A stretch of DNA of 64,000 nucleotides from an uncultured Gemmatimonadales bacterium (GCA_963716255.1 OY970303.1:3456001-3520000), one strand, 5' to 3'; shown: positions 10,308 through 23,675, counted from the first letter of the stretch. The notes: generated by a model not told the origin, from the letters alone. A program made the numbers and translations.

Positions 10308-11492
10308 ATGCACGCCTCGTCCATGTCCCGGCTCCGCGGCCTCGCCGCCGCCGGCCTTCCCCTGCTTCTCGCCCTCCAGCCGGCCGCCGCCTCCGCGCAG
10401 GGATCGCCCCTGTCCGGGGCGTACGTCGTCCGCCTGGGGAGCGACACCATCGCGGTGGAGGAGCTCACCCGCACGGCGAGCTCCATCCGGGGCCGCCAGG
10501 TGGTCCGCGTCCCGCGCACGCAGCTCCGCGAGTACAGCGGCACCCTGCGGCCCGATGGAACCCTGTCGCGCTTTTCGGTCGCCTTCCGGGCCCCCGGCGA
10601 CGCGCAGCCCGCCTTTCGCGGCGAGGTGGAGTTCGGCGCGGACAGCGCCACGGTGCGGGTGATGCGCGGCGACAGCACCCAGACCTTCCGCGTGGCGGCG
10701 GCGGCGGGCGCCATCCCGCTGGTGGCCTACTCGGTGGCGCTGTACGAGGTGCCGCTGGCGCGGGCGGTGGGGGCGCGGCTGGACAGCCTGCGCGTGGCGC
10801 TGGTCCCCGTGGGGAACAGCGCCGCGGTGCCGTCGCTGGTGCGGCGGACGGGGAGCGGCCGGTACACCGTCACCAACATCGCCGGGACCAACCAGGTGCG
10901 CGTGGACGCGCAGGGGCGGCTGCTGGCGTGGGACGGGACCGCCTCCACGCTCAAGGTGGTCACGGAGCGCGCCGCGCGGGTGCCGCTGGACTCGCTGGCG
11001 GCGGCGTTCGCGGCGCGCGACCAGGCGGGGCGCGGCTTCGGGCAGGCGTCGCCGCGCGACTCGCTGTCGGCGCGCGTGGGCGGCGCCACCGTGTCCGTGA
11101 ACTACGGGCGCCCGTCGCTGCGCGGCCGGCCCACGGCGCAGCTCCTCCCCCCCGGCCAGGTGTGGCGCACCGGCGCCAACCAGGCCACCCACTTCCGCAC
11201 CGACCGCGACCTGGTGATCGGCGGGGCGCGCGTGCCCGCCGGCACCTACACCCTGTGGACCGTCCCCGGCCCCACGGAGTGGACGCTGATCCTCAACCGG
11301 CAGACCGGGCAGTGGGGAACCGTGTACGACGCGGCGCAGGACCTGGTGCGCGTCCCCATGAAGGTGGAGCGCGCGGCGCAGCCGGCGGAAACCTTCGCCA
11401 TCGCGGTGGAGCCGCAGGGCACGGGCGCCGTGCTTGCGCTCACCTGGGCCGACATCCGCGCCACGGTCCCCGTCGTGCTCGCGGGAAGCTGA
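10308..11492 (+). CDS. Secreted DUF2911-domain protein
   Basis: Signal peptide; C-terminal ASPRDS...VNYGRPSLRGR...VWRTGANQAT...PAGTYTLWT. Confidence 0.85.
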   Translation: MHASSMSRLRGLAAAGLPLLLALQPAAASAQGSPLSGAYVVRLGSDTIAVEELTRTASSIRGRQVVRVPRTQLREYSGTLRPDGTLSRFSVAFRAPGDAQPAFRGEVEFGADSATVRVMRGDSTQTFRVAAAAGAIPLVAYSVALYEVPLARAVGARLDSLRVALVPVGNSAAVPSLVRRTGSGRYTVTNIAGTNQVRVDAQGRLLAWDGTASTLKVVTERAARVPLDSLAAAFAARDQAGRGFGQASPRDSLSARVGGATVSVNYGRPSLRGRPTAQLLPPGQVWRTGANQATHFRTDRDLVIGGARVPAGTYTLWTVPGPTEWTLILNRQTGQWGTVYDAAQDLVRVPMKVERAAQPAETFAIAVEPQGTGAVLALTWADIRATVPVVLAGS

Positions 11493-11524
11493 CCCCCGGG
11501 GACGGGCCGGCGGCAAAGCTGGAT

Positions 11525-11570
11525 ACAAGGCGAGGGCGCCCGCGGAGATCCGCGGGCGCCCTCGCCTTGT
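11525..11570. terminator. Long perfect hairpin between convergent genes
   Basis: ACAAGGCGAGGGCGCCCGCGGA-GA-TCCGCGGGCGCCCTCGCCTTGT. Confidence 0.7.
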
Positions 11571-11591
11571 CCGGGTCACGCACCGGAGCCT

Positions 11592-11720
11592 GCGTGAGGG
11601 ATGCGAGCGCGAAGCGGCGAGACCCGGCGGCAGTTTGCCGGGGCTCGCCTCCGTTACGCACGGTTGTATCGTGCGTTACGGAGCCGCAGCCCGACCCCGC
11701 GCCAGCGGGGGCACGCCCGC
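11592..11720 (+). repeat. Structured intergenic repeat family 1, copy C
   Basis: GCGTGAGGGATGCGAGC...CTCCGTTACGCACG..CGTGCGTTACGGAG...GGCACGCCCGC. Confidence 0.9.
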
Positions 11721-11736
11721 ACCCTGCCGTTCACCA

Positions 11737-13328
<1,592 letters not shown>

Positions 13329-13329
<1 letters not shown>

Positions 13330-14387
13330 CACCCGCCTCCGCACATCTCGGCGAGCGCCGGGGCGATTCGCCCCAGCGCCAGGCTGCGCTCCGCGTGGGG
13401 GCGCGCCGCCCGCGGCATCCCGTCGATCACCGCCGTTTCCGCGCTCTCCACCAGCGCCCGCCCCCCGGCGCGGCGGATGCGGGCCAGCCCCTCGGCCCCG
13501 TCGCTCCCCATCCCGGTGAGCACCACCCCCACCGCGCGCGCCCCCGCCGCCTCCGCCACCGAGGAGAACAGCAGGTCCACCGAGGGGCGGTGCAGCCGCT
13601 CGCCCGCGTCGTCCCACACCCGCACCCGCAGCCCGCCGTCGTCGCGGACCACCGTCATCTGCCGCCCGCCGGGAGCCACCAGCGCCTCGTCCGGCAGGAC
13701 CGCGTCGCCGTCGCGCGCCTCGCGCACCCGGATCACGGAGCGCTGGTCCAGCCGCTCCGCCAGCGTCGCCGTGAAGCCCGGCGGGATGTGCTGCGCCACC
13801 ACGACGCCCGCGCCCAGCCCCAGCGGCAGGGCGGGGATCACCTCGGTCAGCGCCCGCGGCCCCCCGGTGGACGCGCCGATGGCGATCACGTCGTAGGCGC
13901 CGGTCGATGCCACCGCGGCGCCCGGGACCTCCACGACGGCGGCGGGCGCGGCGACCATGCGCGGGGCGGGAGGGGGCAGGTGGGCGCTCCTGAGCACCGC
14001 GCGCACCTTGTCGCGGATCACGGGGGCCAGCCCGTGGATGTCCATGACCGTTCCCGCGTCCGTCTTGTCCACGAAGTCCACCGCCCCCGCCTCCAGGGCG
14101 CGCAGCGTCACCTCCGCCCCCTCGCGCGTCATGGAGCTGAGCAGGAGGACGGGGGTGGGCCGCTCGGACATGATCCGCTCCAGCGCCTGCATCCCGTCCA
14201 TCCCGGGCATGTTGAGGTCCATGATGACCAGGTCCGGCTGCAGTTCGTGCACCAGCCGCAGCGCCTCCTCTCCGTTGGCGGCGTAGCCCGCCACCTCCAC
14301 CCCCTCCAGGGGCTCCAGCATCCGCTCCGTGGCGCGGCGCACGAAGGCGCTGTCGTCCACCAGCAGCACGCGGGCGCGACGTGTCAT
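13329..14387 (-). CDS. cheB: Chemotaxis response-regulated methylesterase
   Basis: REC domain plus GASTGGP, QHIPPGF, HRPSVD, LTGMGSDG. Confidence 0.95.
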
Positions 14388-14432
14388 GACGACGACCGGA
14401 CCGAAAAGGCAACGGCGACGGCAACCGCGGGG

Positions 14433-14559
14433 GCGGGCGTGCCCCCGGCTGCGCCGGGGTCGGGCTGCGGCTCCGTAACGCACGAAACAACCGTGCGTAA
14501 CGGAGGCGAGCCCCGCAAACCGCGCGGGTCTCGCCGCTTCGCGCTCGCATCCCTCACGC
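14433..14559 (-). repeat. Structured intergenic repeat family 1, copy D (between cheR and cheB)
   Basis: Reverse complement matches copy C; adjacent to the REP-like hairpin at ~14586-14638. Confidence 0.9.
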
Positions 14560-14711
14560 GGGCACCCTGCTGGCGTCCGCGGGAGGCCCCCTCCCCCCGG
14601 CCCCCTCCCCCTTGCGGGGAGGGGCCGGGGGAGGGGGTCGCCGTTGCCGGCTGTTCCCTCTTCCCTGTGGCGCTTCACGCTGCGCGTGAACTGATGGAAC
14701 CCTGTTCCCTC

Positions 14712-15557
14712 TCACCCTTCCTCCTCGGGCCGGCGGTAGAAGATCGCCCCGGGGCGGCGCTCCACCCGCAGGGGAACGGCGACGCGGCGCAGCGTTTCCG
14801 CGTGGCCCAGGAAGAGGAACCCCCCGGACGGGAGGACGCGGTACAGCCCTTCGGCGGCGCGGCGCAGCGCCTCGTCCCCGAAGTAGATGAGCACGTTGCG
14901 GCAGAGCACCACGTGCTGCGGGGCCAGGGACTGCCACCAGCCGTCGTCCACCAGGTTGGCGCGGCGGAACTCCACGCCGGCGCGCAGCTCGGGGCGCACC
15001 TCCCAGCGCGCGTCGCCGTCCGCGCGGAACCAGCGCTCCCGGAACTCCGGGTCCGTGCCGCGGAAGGCGTGCTCCGTGTACACGCCGGCGCGGGCGCGCT
15101 CCAGCGCGGCGGGGTCCAGGTCCACCCCGGTGATCTTCACCTTTCCCGGGGCGAACAGGCCGGTGTCCCGCACCACCGTGGCCAGGGTGTACACCTCCTC
15201 CCCGGCGGCGCACGCCGCGCTCAGGATGCGCAGCTCCCCGGCCGGCCCCAGCCGCTCGCGCAGGGCGGGGAGCACCTCGCCGCGCAGCGCCGCCAGCGTC
15301 CCCCGCTCCCGGCAGAAGTAGCTCTCGTTGTTGGTGAGGTGCGGCACCAGCCGCTCCCGCTCCGCGTCGCGCTCCGGGTGGAACTTGACCCGGAAGAGCA
15401 GGTCCTCGAACGTCGCCAGCCCCAGCGCCGAGCGGCGCGGCTCCAGCCGGTTGCGCAGCGTGTCGCGGCGCTCCGGCCCGAACTGCAGGCCGAACTCCTC
15501 GGCCAGCCACTCCGACCAGAGGCGGAACTCCTCCTGCGTGAGCGTGGGACCCGTCAT
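14712..15557 (-). CDS. cheR: Chemotaxis protein-glutamate methyltransferase
   Basis: LTNNESYFCRE, ILSAACAAGEEVYT, CRNVLIYF, GFLFLGHAE. Confidence 0.93.
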   Translation of the reverse strand: MTGPTLTQEEFRLWSEWLAEEFGLQFGPERRDTLRNRLEPRRSALGLATFEDLLFRVKFHPERDAERERLVPHLTNNESYFCRERGTLAALRGEVLPALRERLGPAGELRILSAACAAGEEVYTLATVVRDTGLFAPGKVKITGVDLDPAALERARAGVYTEHAFRGTDPEFRERWFRADGDARWEVRPELRAGVEFRRANLVDDGWWQSLAPQHVVLCRNVLIYFGDEALRRAAEGLYRVLPSGGFLFLGHAETLRRVAVPLRVERRPGAIFYRRPEEEG

Positions 15558-17365
15558 CCCTCTCCCAGCGCCTCCGCCGCGGCCTGGCGCACCAGCGGGT
15601 CGGGGTCCGCGTCGCGGGCGGCGCGGAGAGCGCTTCCTTCTCCCCCCGCGTCCAGTCGCGCCAGCGCGCGCACGGCGCTCAGGCGAATGCGCCAGTCCGG
15701 GTCGTGGAGGGCGCCCGCCAGCCGCTCCGCGGCCGCCGGGGGCGCCACCCGGCGGAAGGCCTCCGCGGCGGCGCGGCGCAGCTCGCGGTCCTCCGAGTCC
15801 AGGCGCGCCTCCACCGCCGCCGCCCCGCCCGCGTCCCCCAGCTCTCCCAGCGCCCGCAGGGCGGCCGCCTGCAGGGCGGCGTCGCCTTCCGCCAGCGCCG
15901 CCAGCAGCGGGGCCAGCGCGGCGGGGGAGCGCGTCTCCCCCAGCGCGCGTACCGCGGCGAAGCGCACCGACGCGTCCGGCGAGCGGGCGAGCTGGGCCAG
16001 GCGCAGGGCGGCCTCCGGGCCGCCCACCGCCCCCAGCGCCGCCAGCTGCGCCGCGCGCGCCGCGGGGTCCTGCTCGCGCTCCAGCGCCGCGGCGATGCGC
16101 GGTCCCACCTCCGGTGCCGGGCAGCGGGCCACCCCCTCCGCAGCCGCGGCGCGCACCGCCGGGTCCGCGTCGGAAAGCAGCGCCGCCAGGCGGTCGCAGT
16201 CCCCGCCGGGGAAGCGGCCCAGGGCCAGGGTCGCCCCCAGGCGCAGCGCCGGGTCCGCCAGCACGGCCAGCGCGAGCTCGCGCGCGCCCGCCTCGTCCGC
16301 GGCACGGGCAAGGGCGTCGGCGGCCTCGGCGCGCACCTCGTCGTCCGCGTGGCGCAGGAAGGGGAGCACCGCCTCCGCCGCGGCCCGGTCCGGCAGGCGC
16401 GGCAGGGCGGCCAGCAGGGCGCAGGGCTCGCCCTGGCCGCGGGCCAGGCGGGGGAGCAGCTCCGCCAGCGCCACCTCGTCGGGGACCAGCCGCAGCCCCG
16501 CCTCCCCCGCGAAGCGCCGCTCCGGGTCCGCCAGCGCGTCCGCCAGCGCGGCGGCGGCGGCGGGGGTCCCGGCGGCGCCCAGCAGGCGGGCGGCGCCGCG
16601 GTCGCCGTCCGCGGCGAAGCGGCGCGCCAGCTCCGCCAGCTCCGCGCGGGCGGCCTCCCGCAGCCACTCCGGCGGCTCCCCGGGGAGCGCCGCCAGGAGG
16701 AGCCCGGCGGCCTCCAGGGCGGCCAGCCTGCCGTCCGCCGTCGCCGCCGGCGCGCGCAGCGCCTCCAGTCCCGCCGGGTCGCCGATCTCGCCGATCGCCT
16801 CCGCGGCGGCGGGCCCCACCGCCGGGTCGCGGGCCGCTTCCGCCAGCGCCGGGAGGGCCCGCGGGTCGCGGAGCCGCCCCATCGCCACCGCCGCCGCGAT
16901 CCGCGTCCACGGGTCGCCGCCTCCGAGCGCCGCCGCCAGCGCGTCCAGGGCGCGCGGGTCGCCCAGCGAGCCCAGCGCGTCCGCCGCCGCCGCCGCCACG
17001 TTGGGCTCCGGGTCCGCCAGCGCCCGCTCCAGCGGGGCGCGCGCCTCCGGGTTGGCGGCCTCGCCCAGCGCGGAGGCCGCCAGCACCCGCACGTCGCCGT
17101 CCGGCTCGGCGGTCGCCAGGCGGCCCAGCAGCGCCAGGGCCCCGCCGGGGGCGCCGGGCGCGGCCAGCGCCGCCAGCAGCGAGCGCGCCGCGTTGCGGCG
17201 CTCCGCGTCGCCGCCGTCGCGCAGCGCCGCCTCCAGCTCCGGGAGGAGCGCCTCCGGGCGGGCGACCGCGCGCACCTCCTCCAGGGCGCGCTCCCGCTCC
17301 CACGCCGAATCGCCGCTCACCGCCGCCAGCAGCGCGCCCGCGTCCGGGCCGGGGCGCTCAGACAC
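15554..17365 (-). CDS. HEAT/PBS-lyase repeat protein
   Basis: Many 'D.D..VR.AAA.ALG' repeats; overlaps the MCP stop and the cheR start. Confidence 0.85.
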   Translation of the reverse strand: MSERPGPDAGALLAAVSGDSAWERERALEEVRAVARPEALLPELEAALRDGGDAERRNAARSLLAALAAPGAPGGALALLGRLATAEPDGDVRVLAASALGEAANPEARAPLERALADPEPNVAAAAADALGSLGDPRALDALAAALGGGDPWTRIAAAVAMGRLRDPRALPALAEAARDPAVGPAAAEAIGEIGDPAGLEALRAPAATADGRLAALEAAGLLLAALPGEPPEWLREAARAELAELARRFAADGDRGAARLLGAAGTPAAAAALADALADPERRFAGEAGLRLVPDEVALAELLPRLARGQGEPCALLAALPRLPDRAAAEAVLPFLRHADDEVRAEAADALARAADEAGARELALAVLADPALRLGATLALGRFPGGDCDRLAALLSDADPAVRAAAAEGVARCPAPEVGPRIAAALEREQDPAARAAQLAALGAVGGPEAALRLAQLARSPDASVRFAAVRALGETRSPAALAPLLAALAEGDAALQAAALRALGELGDAGGAAAVEARLDSEDRELRRAAAEAFRRVAPPAAAERLAGALHDPDWRIRLSAVRALARLDAGGEGSALRAARDADPDPLVRQAAAEALGEG

Positions 17366-19331
17366 GGAAGCTCCCCACCAGCTCTGCCAGGCGCGCCGCC
17401 TGCTCCGCCACGTCCGCCGCCGCGCGCGCCGCCTCGCGCACCGAGGCCTGCGCCGCCCGCGCGCCGGAGGCGATGTTCTCCGTGGCCTGCAGCACCATCT
17501 CCCCGCCGCGCTTCTGCTCCGCCGTGGCGGAGAACACCTGCTGCGTCTGTTCGTTCATGTTCTCCGTGGCCTGCACGATCTGCCGGCTCGCCAGGCTCTG
17601 CTCGCGGGTGGCGATCCTCACCTCCTCGGCGATCTGGCGGATGTGCTGCGTGGACTCGTTGGCCTGCCCCGCCGCCAGCGTCTGCTGCTGCGCGGCCAGC
17701 GCCACCTCCTCCATCAGCTCGCGGGTGCGCGCCGCCGAGCCCACGATCTTTTCCAGCGCCCGCGCCGCCGCCTCCGCCAGCTCGATCCCCTCCGCCGTGC
17801 GCTCCGCCACCCCGCCGCTGGAGCGGGTCGCGCGCTCCAGCTCCTCCTGGATGCCGCGGATGGTGCTGCCGATCTCCCGCGCCGACTCCACCGAGCGCTC
17901 CGCCAGGCGGCGGATCTCCTGCGCCACCACCGCGAAGCCGCGCCCGTGCTCCCCGGCGCGCGCCGCCTCGATGGCCGCGTTCAGCGCCAGCAGGTTGGTC
18001 TGGTCCGCGATGTCCTCGATCAGCTCCGACACCTGCCCCACCGAGCGCCCCGTCTCCCCCAGCCCGCGGATCGCCTCCGTGAGCGCGTCCACCTGGCCGT
18101 GGATCCGCTGCATCCCGTGCACCACCCGCCCCACCGCCTCGCCCCCGCCGCTCGCGTCCGCCGCCGCCTCGATGGCGATCTGCCGCGTCTCCTCCACGTG
18201 CCGCCCCACCTGCTGGATGGAGGCCGCCATCTCGTCGATGGTGGCCGACGCCTGCTCCACGGCGGCGCCCAGGGTGTCCGCGCTGGCGGCGGTGTGCTCG
18301 ATGGAGCGCCCCATCTGCCCCATGGACGACGACGTCTGCTCCACCGAGGCCGCCAGCGACTCGGTGCTCCCGGCCACCCGCCCGATCTGCGCCGCGATCT
18401 CCTCCATGGAGGTGGAGGTCTGCTCCGTGGCGGCCACCTGGTCGTCCACCGTCTGCGCCATGCGCTGCGACGACGCCGCGATCTGGTCCGACGCCGCCGC
18501 CACCTGCGCCGTGGCCACGTTGACGCCGGTGACCGCCCTGCGCAGGTCGTCCGACATGCGGTTCAGCGTCCCCGCCAGTATCCCCACCTCGTCGCGCCCC
18601 TCCGCCTCGATGCGCTGCGTCAGGTCGCCCGCGGCCACCGTGGAGGCGAACTCCACCGCGCGCTGCAGCGGCCGGGCGATGCGCCCCGCCAGCCACCCGG
18701 CGATGCCCAGGGCGACCACCACGGCGAACACCGTCAGCAGGACCAGCGTCATGCGGATCTGCCGCACGGCGTCGTCGACCGTGTCCCGCCGCAGCTCCGT
18801 GATCTCGGCCTGCCGCCGGTTGAAGGCGGCCAGCTGTCTGCCCGCTTCGCGGACCCAGTCCCGTGCCCGGCCCGTGCGGTAGAAGGTGGCGATCTCGTCC
18901 ACCGCGCCGGCCTGGCGCATCTGCATCACCCGGTCCCCCACTTCCCTTTTCCAGGTCTCGCTTATGCGCGCCACCGAGTCGAGGCGCGCCTGCTGCCTCA
19001 GCTCGCTTTCCGCGACCGTGTCGTTTGCCGCCTCCAGCGCCTGCTCCAGCGTGGCGTCGGCCTCGCGGAACGGCTCCAGCGCCTCCGGCTGCCCCGTGAT
19101 GGCGAAGTCCCGCATCGCCGAGGCGCGGGTGGAAAACGATTCCGCCACGACGGCGACCTGGTTCTGCACCGCCTCCGCCTCTTCCAGGGCGTCGGTGGCG
19201 TTGGCGATGCGCTCCACCTGGATCCACACGGCCGCCATGATGCCGAGCATCAGCAGCAGCACCGGCACGAAGGCGAGCATGATCTTGAGGCGTATCGATG
19301 CGTCCCTGTACCACTCCACCAGGCGCGTCAT
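17358..19331 (-). CDS. Methyl-accepting chemotaxis protein
   Basis: Two TM helices, periplasmic helical domain, [34 protein letters not shown]. Confidence 0.95.
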   Translation of the reverse strand: MTRLVEWYRDASIRLKIMLAFVPVLLLMLGIMAAVWIQVERIANATDALEEAEAVQNQVAVVAESFSTRASAMRDFAITGQPEALEPFREADATLEQALEAANDTVAESELRQQARLDSVARISETWKREVGDRVMQMRQAGAVDEIATFYRTGRARDWVREAGRQLAAFNRRQAEITELRRDTVDDAVRQIRMTLVLLTVFAVVVALGIAGWLAGRIARPLQRAVEFASTVAAGDLTQRIEAEGRDEVGILAGTLNRMSDDLRRAVTGVNVATAQVAAASDQIAASSQRMAQTVDDQVAATEQTSTSMEEIAAQIGRVAGSTESLAASVEQTSSSMGQMGRSIEHTAASADTLGAAVEQASATIDEMAASIQQVGRHVEETRQIAIEAAADASGGGEAVGRVVHGMQRIHGQVDALTEAIRGLGETGRSVGQVSELIEDIADQTNLLALNAAIEAARAGEHGRGFAVVAQEIRRLAERSVESAREIGSTIRGIQEELERATRSSGGVAERTAEGIELAEAAARALEKIVGSAARTRELMEEVALAAQQQTLAAGQANESTQHIRQIAEEVRIATREQSLASRQIVQATENMNEQTQQVFSATAEQKRGGEMVLQATENIASGARAAQASVREAARAAADVAEQAARLAELVGSFRV

Positions 19332-19753
19332 GCGGTCACTCCGGCGAGCACGTTGTCCAGGTCGAGGAGGGCCACCAGGCGGCCCTCGGCGGAGCGCACC
19401 ACCCCGTCCAGCCACCCCTCCGGGAGCGCCGCGGCAGCCTCCGACAGGGGCGGGTCCACCTCGTCGCCGGTCTCCACGATCCCGGCCACCCGGTCCACCA
19501 GCAGCGCCACCGGCTCGCGCCCCGCCCCGGGCGACACCACCACCAGCCGCCCCGGCCGCAGCGCGGGGGCTGCGCGCAGGCGCGTCCCCAGGTCCAGCAC
19601 CCCCAGCAGCGCCCCGCGCAGGTGCACCACCCCCACCACGTCCGGTGGGGGGAACGGGGTGCGGGTGAGGGGCGGCGGCCGCAGCACCGCGCTCACCCGG
19701 TCCAGCGGCAGCCCGAACTCCGCCGCGCCCAGCCCCACGGCCACGGCGCTCAC
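19328..19753 (-). CDS. cheW: CheW adaptor
   Basis: FGLPLDRV...GVVHLRG...[10 protein letters not shown]...LLDLD; GTG start coupled to the cheY stop. Confidence 0.85.
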   Translation of the reverse strand: MSAVAVGLGAAEFGLPLDRVSAVLRPPPLTRTPFPPPDVVGVVHLRGALLGVLDLGTRLRAAPALRPGRLVVVSPGAGREPVALLVDRVAGIVETGDEVDPPLSEAAAALPEGWLDGVVRSAEGRLVALLDLDNVLAGVTA

Positions 19754-20133
19754 GCCGCGGCCCCGGTCTGCTCGCGCACCGCGTCCAGCAGCTGCTGCGG
19801 CGTCCACGGCTTGGGGAGGAAGCCGTTGGCGCCGGCCGCGCGCGCCGCGGCGCGGTCCTCCTCGGCGGACTCGGTGGAGCTCACCAGCACCGGCGGGCGG
19901 GTGATCCCCAGCTCGGAGCGCAGTCGGCGCACGAACTCCAGCCCGTCCATCTGCGGCATGTTGATGTCCACGATGAGCAGGTCCATCTCCGGGTCCTGGG
20001 CGGCGGCGTCCAGCCCCTCCGCGCCGTTGGCGGCGAACCGCAGGTCGTTGGCCGCGCCCAGCACCAGCCGGTACATGCGGCACATCATCGGGCTGTCCTC
20101 CACCACCAGGATCCGCCTCCGCTCACTGGCCAC
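19750..20133 (-). CDS. Single-domain response regulator (CheY-like)
   Basis: [22 protein letters not shown]. Confidence 0.9.
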   Translation of the reverse strand: MASERRRILVVEDSPMMCRMYRLVLGAANDLRFAANGAEGLDAAAQDPEMDLLIVDINMPQMDGLEFVRRLRSELGITRPPVLVSSTESAEEDRAAARAAGANGFLPKPWTPQQLLDAVREQTGAAA

Positions 20134-21856
20134 CGCCGCCTCCGCGATACAGGTCCACGTTCATCTCCACCAGCGCCGCAGCGTCCAGCACCAGCACCAC
20201 CCCCCCGTCCGGAGACACCGTCGCCCCCGATACCCCCGGCGGGCTTCCCAGCGCCGCCGGGAGCGCGCGCACCGTGGCCGGGCGCTGCTCCAGCAGCCGG
20301 TCCACGCCCAGCGCCACCGCCCGGCCCCCGCTGCGCACCACCACCAGGAAGCGGGGCGCCTGGCCCCCGCCTTCCTCCTCCCATCCCAGGATGCGCCCCA
20401 AGCGCGCCAGCGGCAGCGTCTCGTCGCGCAGGCGCACCACCTCCGCCGGGCCCGCGCGCTCCACCGGGCCGGCGCGCAGCGTCTCCTCCACGTCGGCCGA
20501 GGGCACGGCCAGCCGCTCGCCCGCCGCCTCGAAGAAGAGCACCGGCACCAGCGCCACCGTGAGGGGGAGCCGCAGCACGAAGCGCGTCCCGCCCTCGTCG
20601 CCCTCCTCCACCTCCACGCTCCCCCGCAGCCGCGCCACCGCGCCGCGCACCGCGTCCAGCCCTATGCCCCGCCCGGACACGGCGCTCGCCACGCTGCGGG
20701 TGGAAAAACCGGGCCGGAAGATGAGCTCCTCCGCTTCCTCCCCCTCTCCCGGCGCCACGATCCCCTGCTCCCGGGCCCGCGCGAAGATCCCCGCCCGGTC
20801 CAGCCCGCGTCCGTCGTCCTCCACCTCGATGCGCACCCGGTCGCCCTCCTGCGCCGCCCGCAGCGACAGCGTCGCCTCCGCCGGCTTCCCCGCGGCCTCG
20901 CGCTCCCCCGGCGGCTCGATGCCGTGGTCCACGGCGTTCCTCACCAGGTGCAGCAGCGGCTCCGCCACCGCGTCCGCCGTGGACTTGTCCAGCCGCGTGT
21001 CCTCGCCCTCCAGCAGCACCCGCACCCGCTTCCCCTGCTCGCGCGCCAGGTCGCGCACCAGCACCGGGAAGCGCGACAGGATCCGCCCCACCGGCACCAT
21101 GCGCAGGTCGGTGGCGGTGCGGCGCGCCGCGTCCGCGGCGGTCGCCAGCGCCTCCACCCGGTCGCGCAGGTCGCGCCCCAGCCCGCACGCCCGCAGCGCG
21201 TCGCGGCTGGCGTCCGCCCAGTCGTCCAGCGCAGTGAGCTGTGTCGCCACCTCGCCGATCTCGTCCAGCAGCACGTCCAGCATGCGGAAGGGGATGCGGA
21301 CCACGTCGTCGCGCAGGTCCTCCGCGCGCACCCCCGGCGCCGCGGGCGCCGCCCCCGGGGGTGCGGCATCTCCGGCCGCCAGCGGTCCTGGCTCCGCCGA
21401 GGACGGCTGCGGCTGTGGGCGCGGCGCGGCCTCCGCCCCGGACACGGCCGCCGGGCCGGGTTCCGGCGGGGGAGCCGGGGCCGCCGGCTCGTCGCGGATG
21501 GGCACGAGCGCGGCGAAGGCCGCCTCCTGCTCGGGGGTGCCGGCGCGGTCCACCGCCGCGCGCAGCGCCGCCGCCCCGCGCAGCAGCGCCGCCAGCGTCG
21601 GCGCGGGCGGGGGCGCGTCGGAGCGCTTCAGGACGCTTTCCACCGAGTGGACGAAGTCCTGGATGGCCCGCAGCCCCAGCATCCCCGCGTTGCCCTTGAG
21701 GGTGTGCAGCCCCCGCAGGAGCGGCGTCCGCTCCGCCTCCCCCAGCGGTTCGCCGCGCTCCCAGCCGGCGAGCGTCGCGTCCAGGCGCGCGACGGGGTCG
21801 CGGGCCTCGTCGCGGAAGTCGCCCAGCAACTCGGACAGGTCGAAGAGGTCGGACAG
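20123..21856 (-). CDS. cheA: Chemotaxis histidine kinase
   Basis: Hpt LHTLKGNAG, LLHLVRNAVDHGIE, DDGRG, SGRGIGLD, C-terminal CheW domain; start uncertain (CTG at 21856 after GGGAGG, or TTG at 21829). Confidence 0.9.
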   Translation of the reverse strand: MSDLFDLSELLGDFRDEARDPVARLDATLAGWERGEPLGEAERTPLLRGLHTLKGNAGMLGLRAIQDFVHSVESVLKRSDAPPPAPTLAALLRGAAALRAAVDRAGTPEQEAAFAALVPIRDEPAAPAPPPEPGPAAVSGAEAAPRPQPQPSSAEPGPLAAGDAAPPGAAPAAPGVRAEDLRDDVVRIPFRMLDVLLDEIGEVATQLTALDDWADASRDALRACGLGRDLRDRVEALATAADAARRTATDLRMVPVGRILSRFPVLVRDLAREQGKRVRVLLEGEDTRLDKSTADAVAEPLLHLVRNAVDHGIEPPGEREAAGKPAEATLSLRAAQEGDRVRIEVEDDGRGLDRAGIFARAREQGIVAPGEGEEAEELIFRPGFSTRSVASAVSGRGIGLDAVRGAVARLRGSVEVEEGDEGGTRFVLRLPLTVALVPVLFFEAAGERLAVPSADVEETLRAGPVERAGPAEVVRLRDETLPLARLGRILGWEEEGGGQAPRFLVVVRSGGRAVALGVDRLLEQRPATVRALPAALGSPPGVSGATVSPDGGVVLVLDAAALVEMNVDLYRGGGGGQ

Positions 21857-22041
21857 CGCTCCCTCCCGGGGCGGGGTTGCGGCGGGGTGGGGCCCCCGGC
21901 CCGTGATGCAGGCATTTTGGGGGCCAGCGTCCGCGCCGCGCCACCGTCCGCGTCCGCCCGCCGGGCCCGCCGCCCTTGTGCGGCGCCCGCGCCGAGCGAA
22001 TCTTGGCAGCTCCCCGGCGATCCACCCCCACCCGCCCGTCC

Positions 22042-23400
22042 ATGCCCCGCATCCACTTCCCGCACCCGCTCACGCTGCTGGTGGGCTTCATCGCGCTGGC
22101 CGCGGCGCTGTCGTGGGTCCTCCCCGCCGGCGAGTACCAGCGCCGCGAGGACCCCGTCACCGGCCGCGAGGTGGTGGTCGCGGGGACGTACCATCGCGTG
22201 GACTCCTCCCCGGTGGGACCGTTCAAGGCGCTGGTCGCCATCCCCCGTGGCATGGCCGAGGCCGCCGACGTGGTGTTCGTGGTCTTCCTGGTGGGCGCCG
22301 CCTTCACGGTGCTGGACCGCACCGGCGTGCTGCGGCGCGGCACCGACCGGCTGGTGGTGGGGATGCGTGGCCGCACCCTGGTGGTGATCCCGGTGATGAG
22401 CGTGCTTTCCGCGCTGGGCGGGGTGATGATCAACATGCAGGAGGAGTTCATCGCCCTGGTCCCTGCCCTCCTCATCCTGACGCGCCGCATGGGCTTCGAC
22501 CCCCTGGTGGCCGTCTCGGTGAGCATGGGCGCCGCGGCCGTGGGCTCCGCGTTCAGCCCCATCAACCCTTTCCAGGTGGGGATCGCGCAGAAGCTGGCCG
22601 AGCTTCCCCTCCTGTCCGCCGCTCCCTTCCGCGTCGTCTTCCTGGTGCTGGCGCTGGCGCTCTGGATCGCGGCCACCCTTCGCTACGCCGCGCGCACCCG
22701 CGTCGCCGAGGAGGAGGTGGAGGCCCACGCCGAGGCGGCCGTCGGCGCCCGTCCCACCCGCGGGCGCGACGCCGGCATCCTGGGGCTGGTGCTCGCCACC
22801 TTCGCCGTCTACGTCTTCGGGATCCTGCGGCTGGACTGGGGCTTCAACGAGATGGCGGGGCTGTTCTTCGCCATGGGAATCGCGGTGGGGCTGCTGGGAG
22901 GGCTGCGCGTGGGGGGGACGGTGGAGGCCTACATCGAGGGCTTCCGGGACATGGCCTTCGCCGGGCTGCTCATCGGCTTCGCGCGGGCCATCTACGTGGT
23001 GCTCCAGGACGGCCGCATCGTGGACACCATCGTCAACGGGCTGGTGACGCCCATCGCCGGGCTCCCGGTGGCGCTCTCCGCGCTGGGGATGATGGCGGTG
23101 CACGCACTGATCCACGTTCCCGTGCCCAGCGTCAGCGGCCAGGCGGTGCTCACCATGCCGGTGCTGGTGCCCGTCTCCGACCTGCTGGGGCTGTCGCGCC
23201 AGGTCACCGTGCTCGCCTACCAGTACGGCGCCGGCCTCACCGAGCTGGTGGCACCCACCAACGGCGCGCTCATGGCCATCCTCATCGCCGCCGACGTGCG
23301 CTACGAGCGCTGGCTGCGCTTCGTGCTCCCGGTGCTCACCGGGCTGTTCGCGCTGGGCGCCGCCGCGGTGATGATCGGGATCGCCATCGGACTGCGGTAG
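22042..23400 (+). CDS. YfcC/DcuC-like transporter
   Basis: PHPLTLL...PAGEY; NPFQVGIAQ; PSVSGQAVLTMP; AYQYGAG; about 12 TM helices. Confidence 0.85.
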   Translation: MPRIHFPHPLTLLVGFIALAAALSWVLPAGEYQRREDPVTGREVVVAGTYHRVDSSPVGPFKALVAIPRGMAEAADVVFVVFLVGAAFTVLDRTGVLRRGTDRLVVGMRGRTLVVIPVMSVLSALGGVMINMQEEFIALVPALLILTRRMGFDPLVAVSVSMGAAAVGSAFSPINPFQVGIAQKLAELPLLSAAPFRVVFLVLALALWIAATLRYAARTRVAEEEVEAHAEAAVGARPTRGRDAGILGLVLATFAVYVFGILRLDWGFNEMAGLFFAMGIAVGLLGGLRVGGTVEAYIEGFRDMAFAGLLIGFARAIYVVLQDGRIVDTIVNGLVTPIAGLPVALSALGMMAVHALIHVPVPSVSGQAVLTMPVLVPVSDLLGLSRQVTVLAYQYGAGLTELVAPTNGALMAILIAADVRYERWLRFVLPVLTGLFALGAAAVMIGIAIGLR

Positions 23401-23451
23401 GGCAGGGGTGGTAGCCGGCGGCTGAGCCCGCCACGAAGCGAGGGGAACGAA

Positions 23452-23488
23452 GCAACGCCGCCCGGCTCTCGGAGCCGGGCGGCGTTGC
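23452..23488. terminator. GC-rich hairpin after yfcC
   Basis: GCAACGCCGCCCGGCTC-TCG-GAGCCGGGCGGCGTTGC, followed by CTTGTT. Confidence 0.65.
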
Positions 23489-23675
23489 CTTGTTCGGGAG
23501 ATTTCATCGGCCAGCCATAGCAGGCTCGACATTGCCCCCAGCCTCCGGGAAGCGCGATTGCCGCTCCGTTCGGGTCCAGTCCGGCATCAGTTTGCCCGGG
23601 CTGATTGACCCAGCCGTTTGAGGCCGATTATATACGCCAGAACATCCTCTCGCCCGTTCACTTTCGGAGCCGCCT

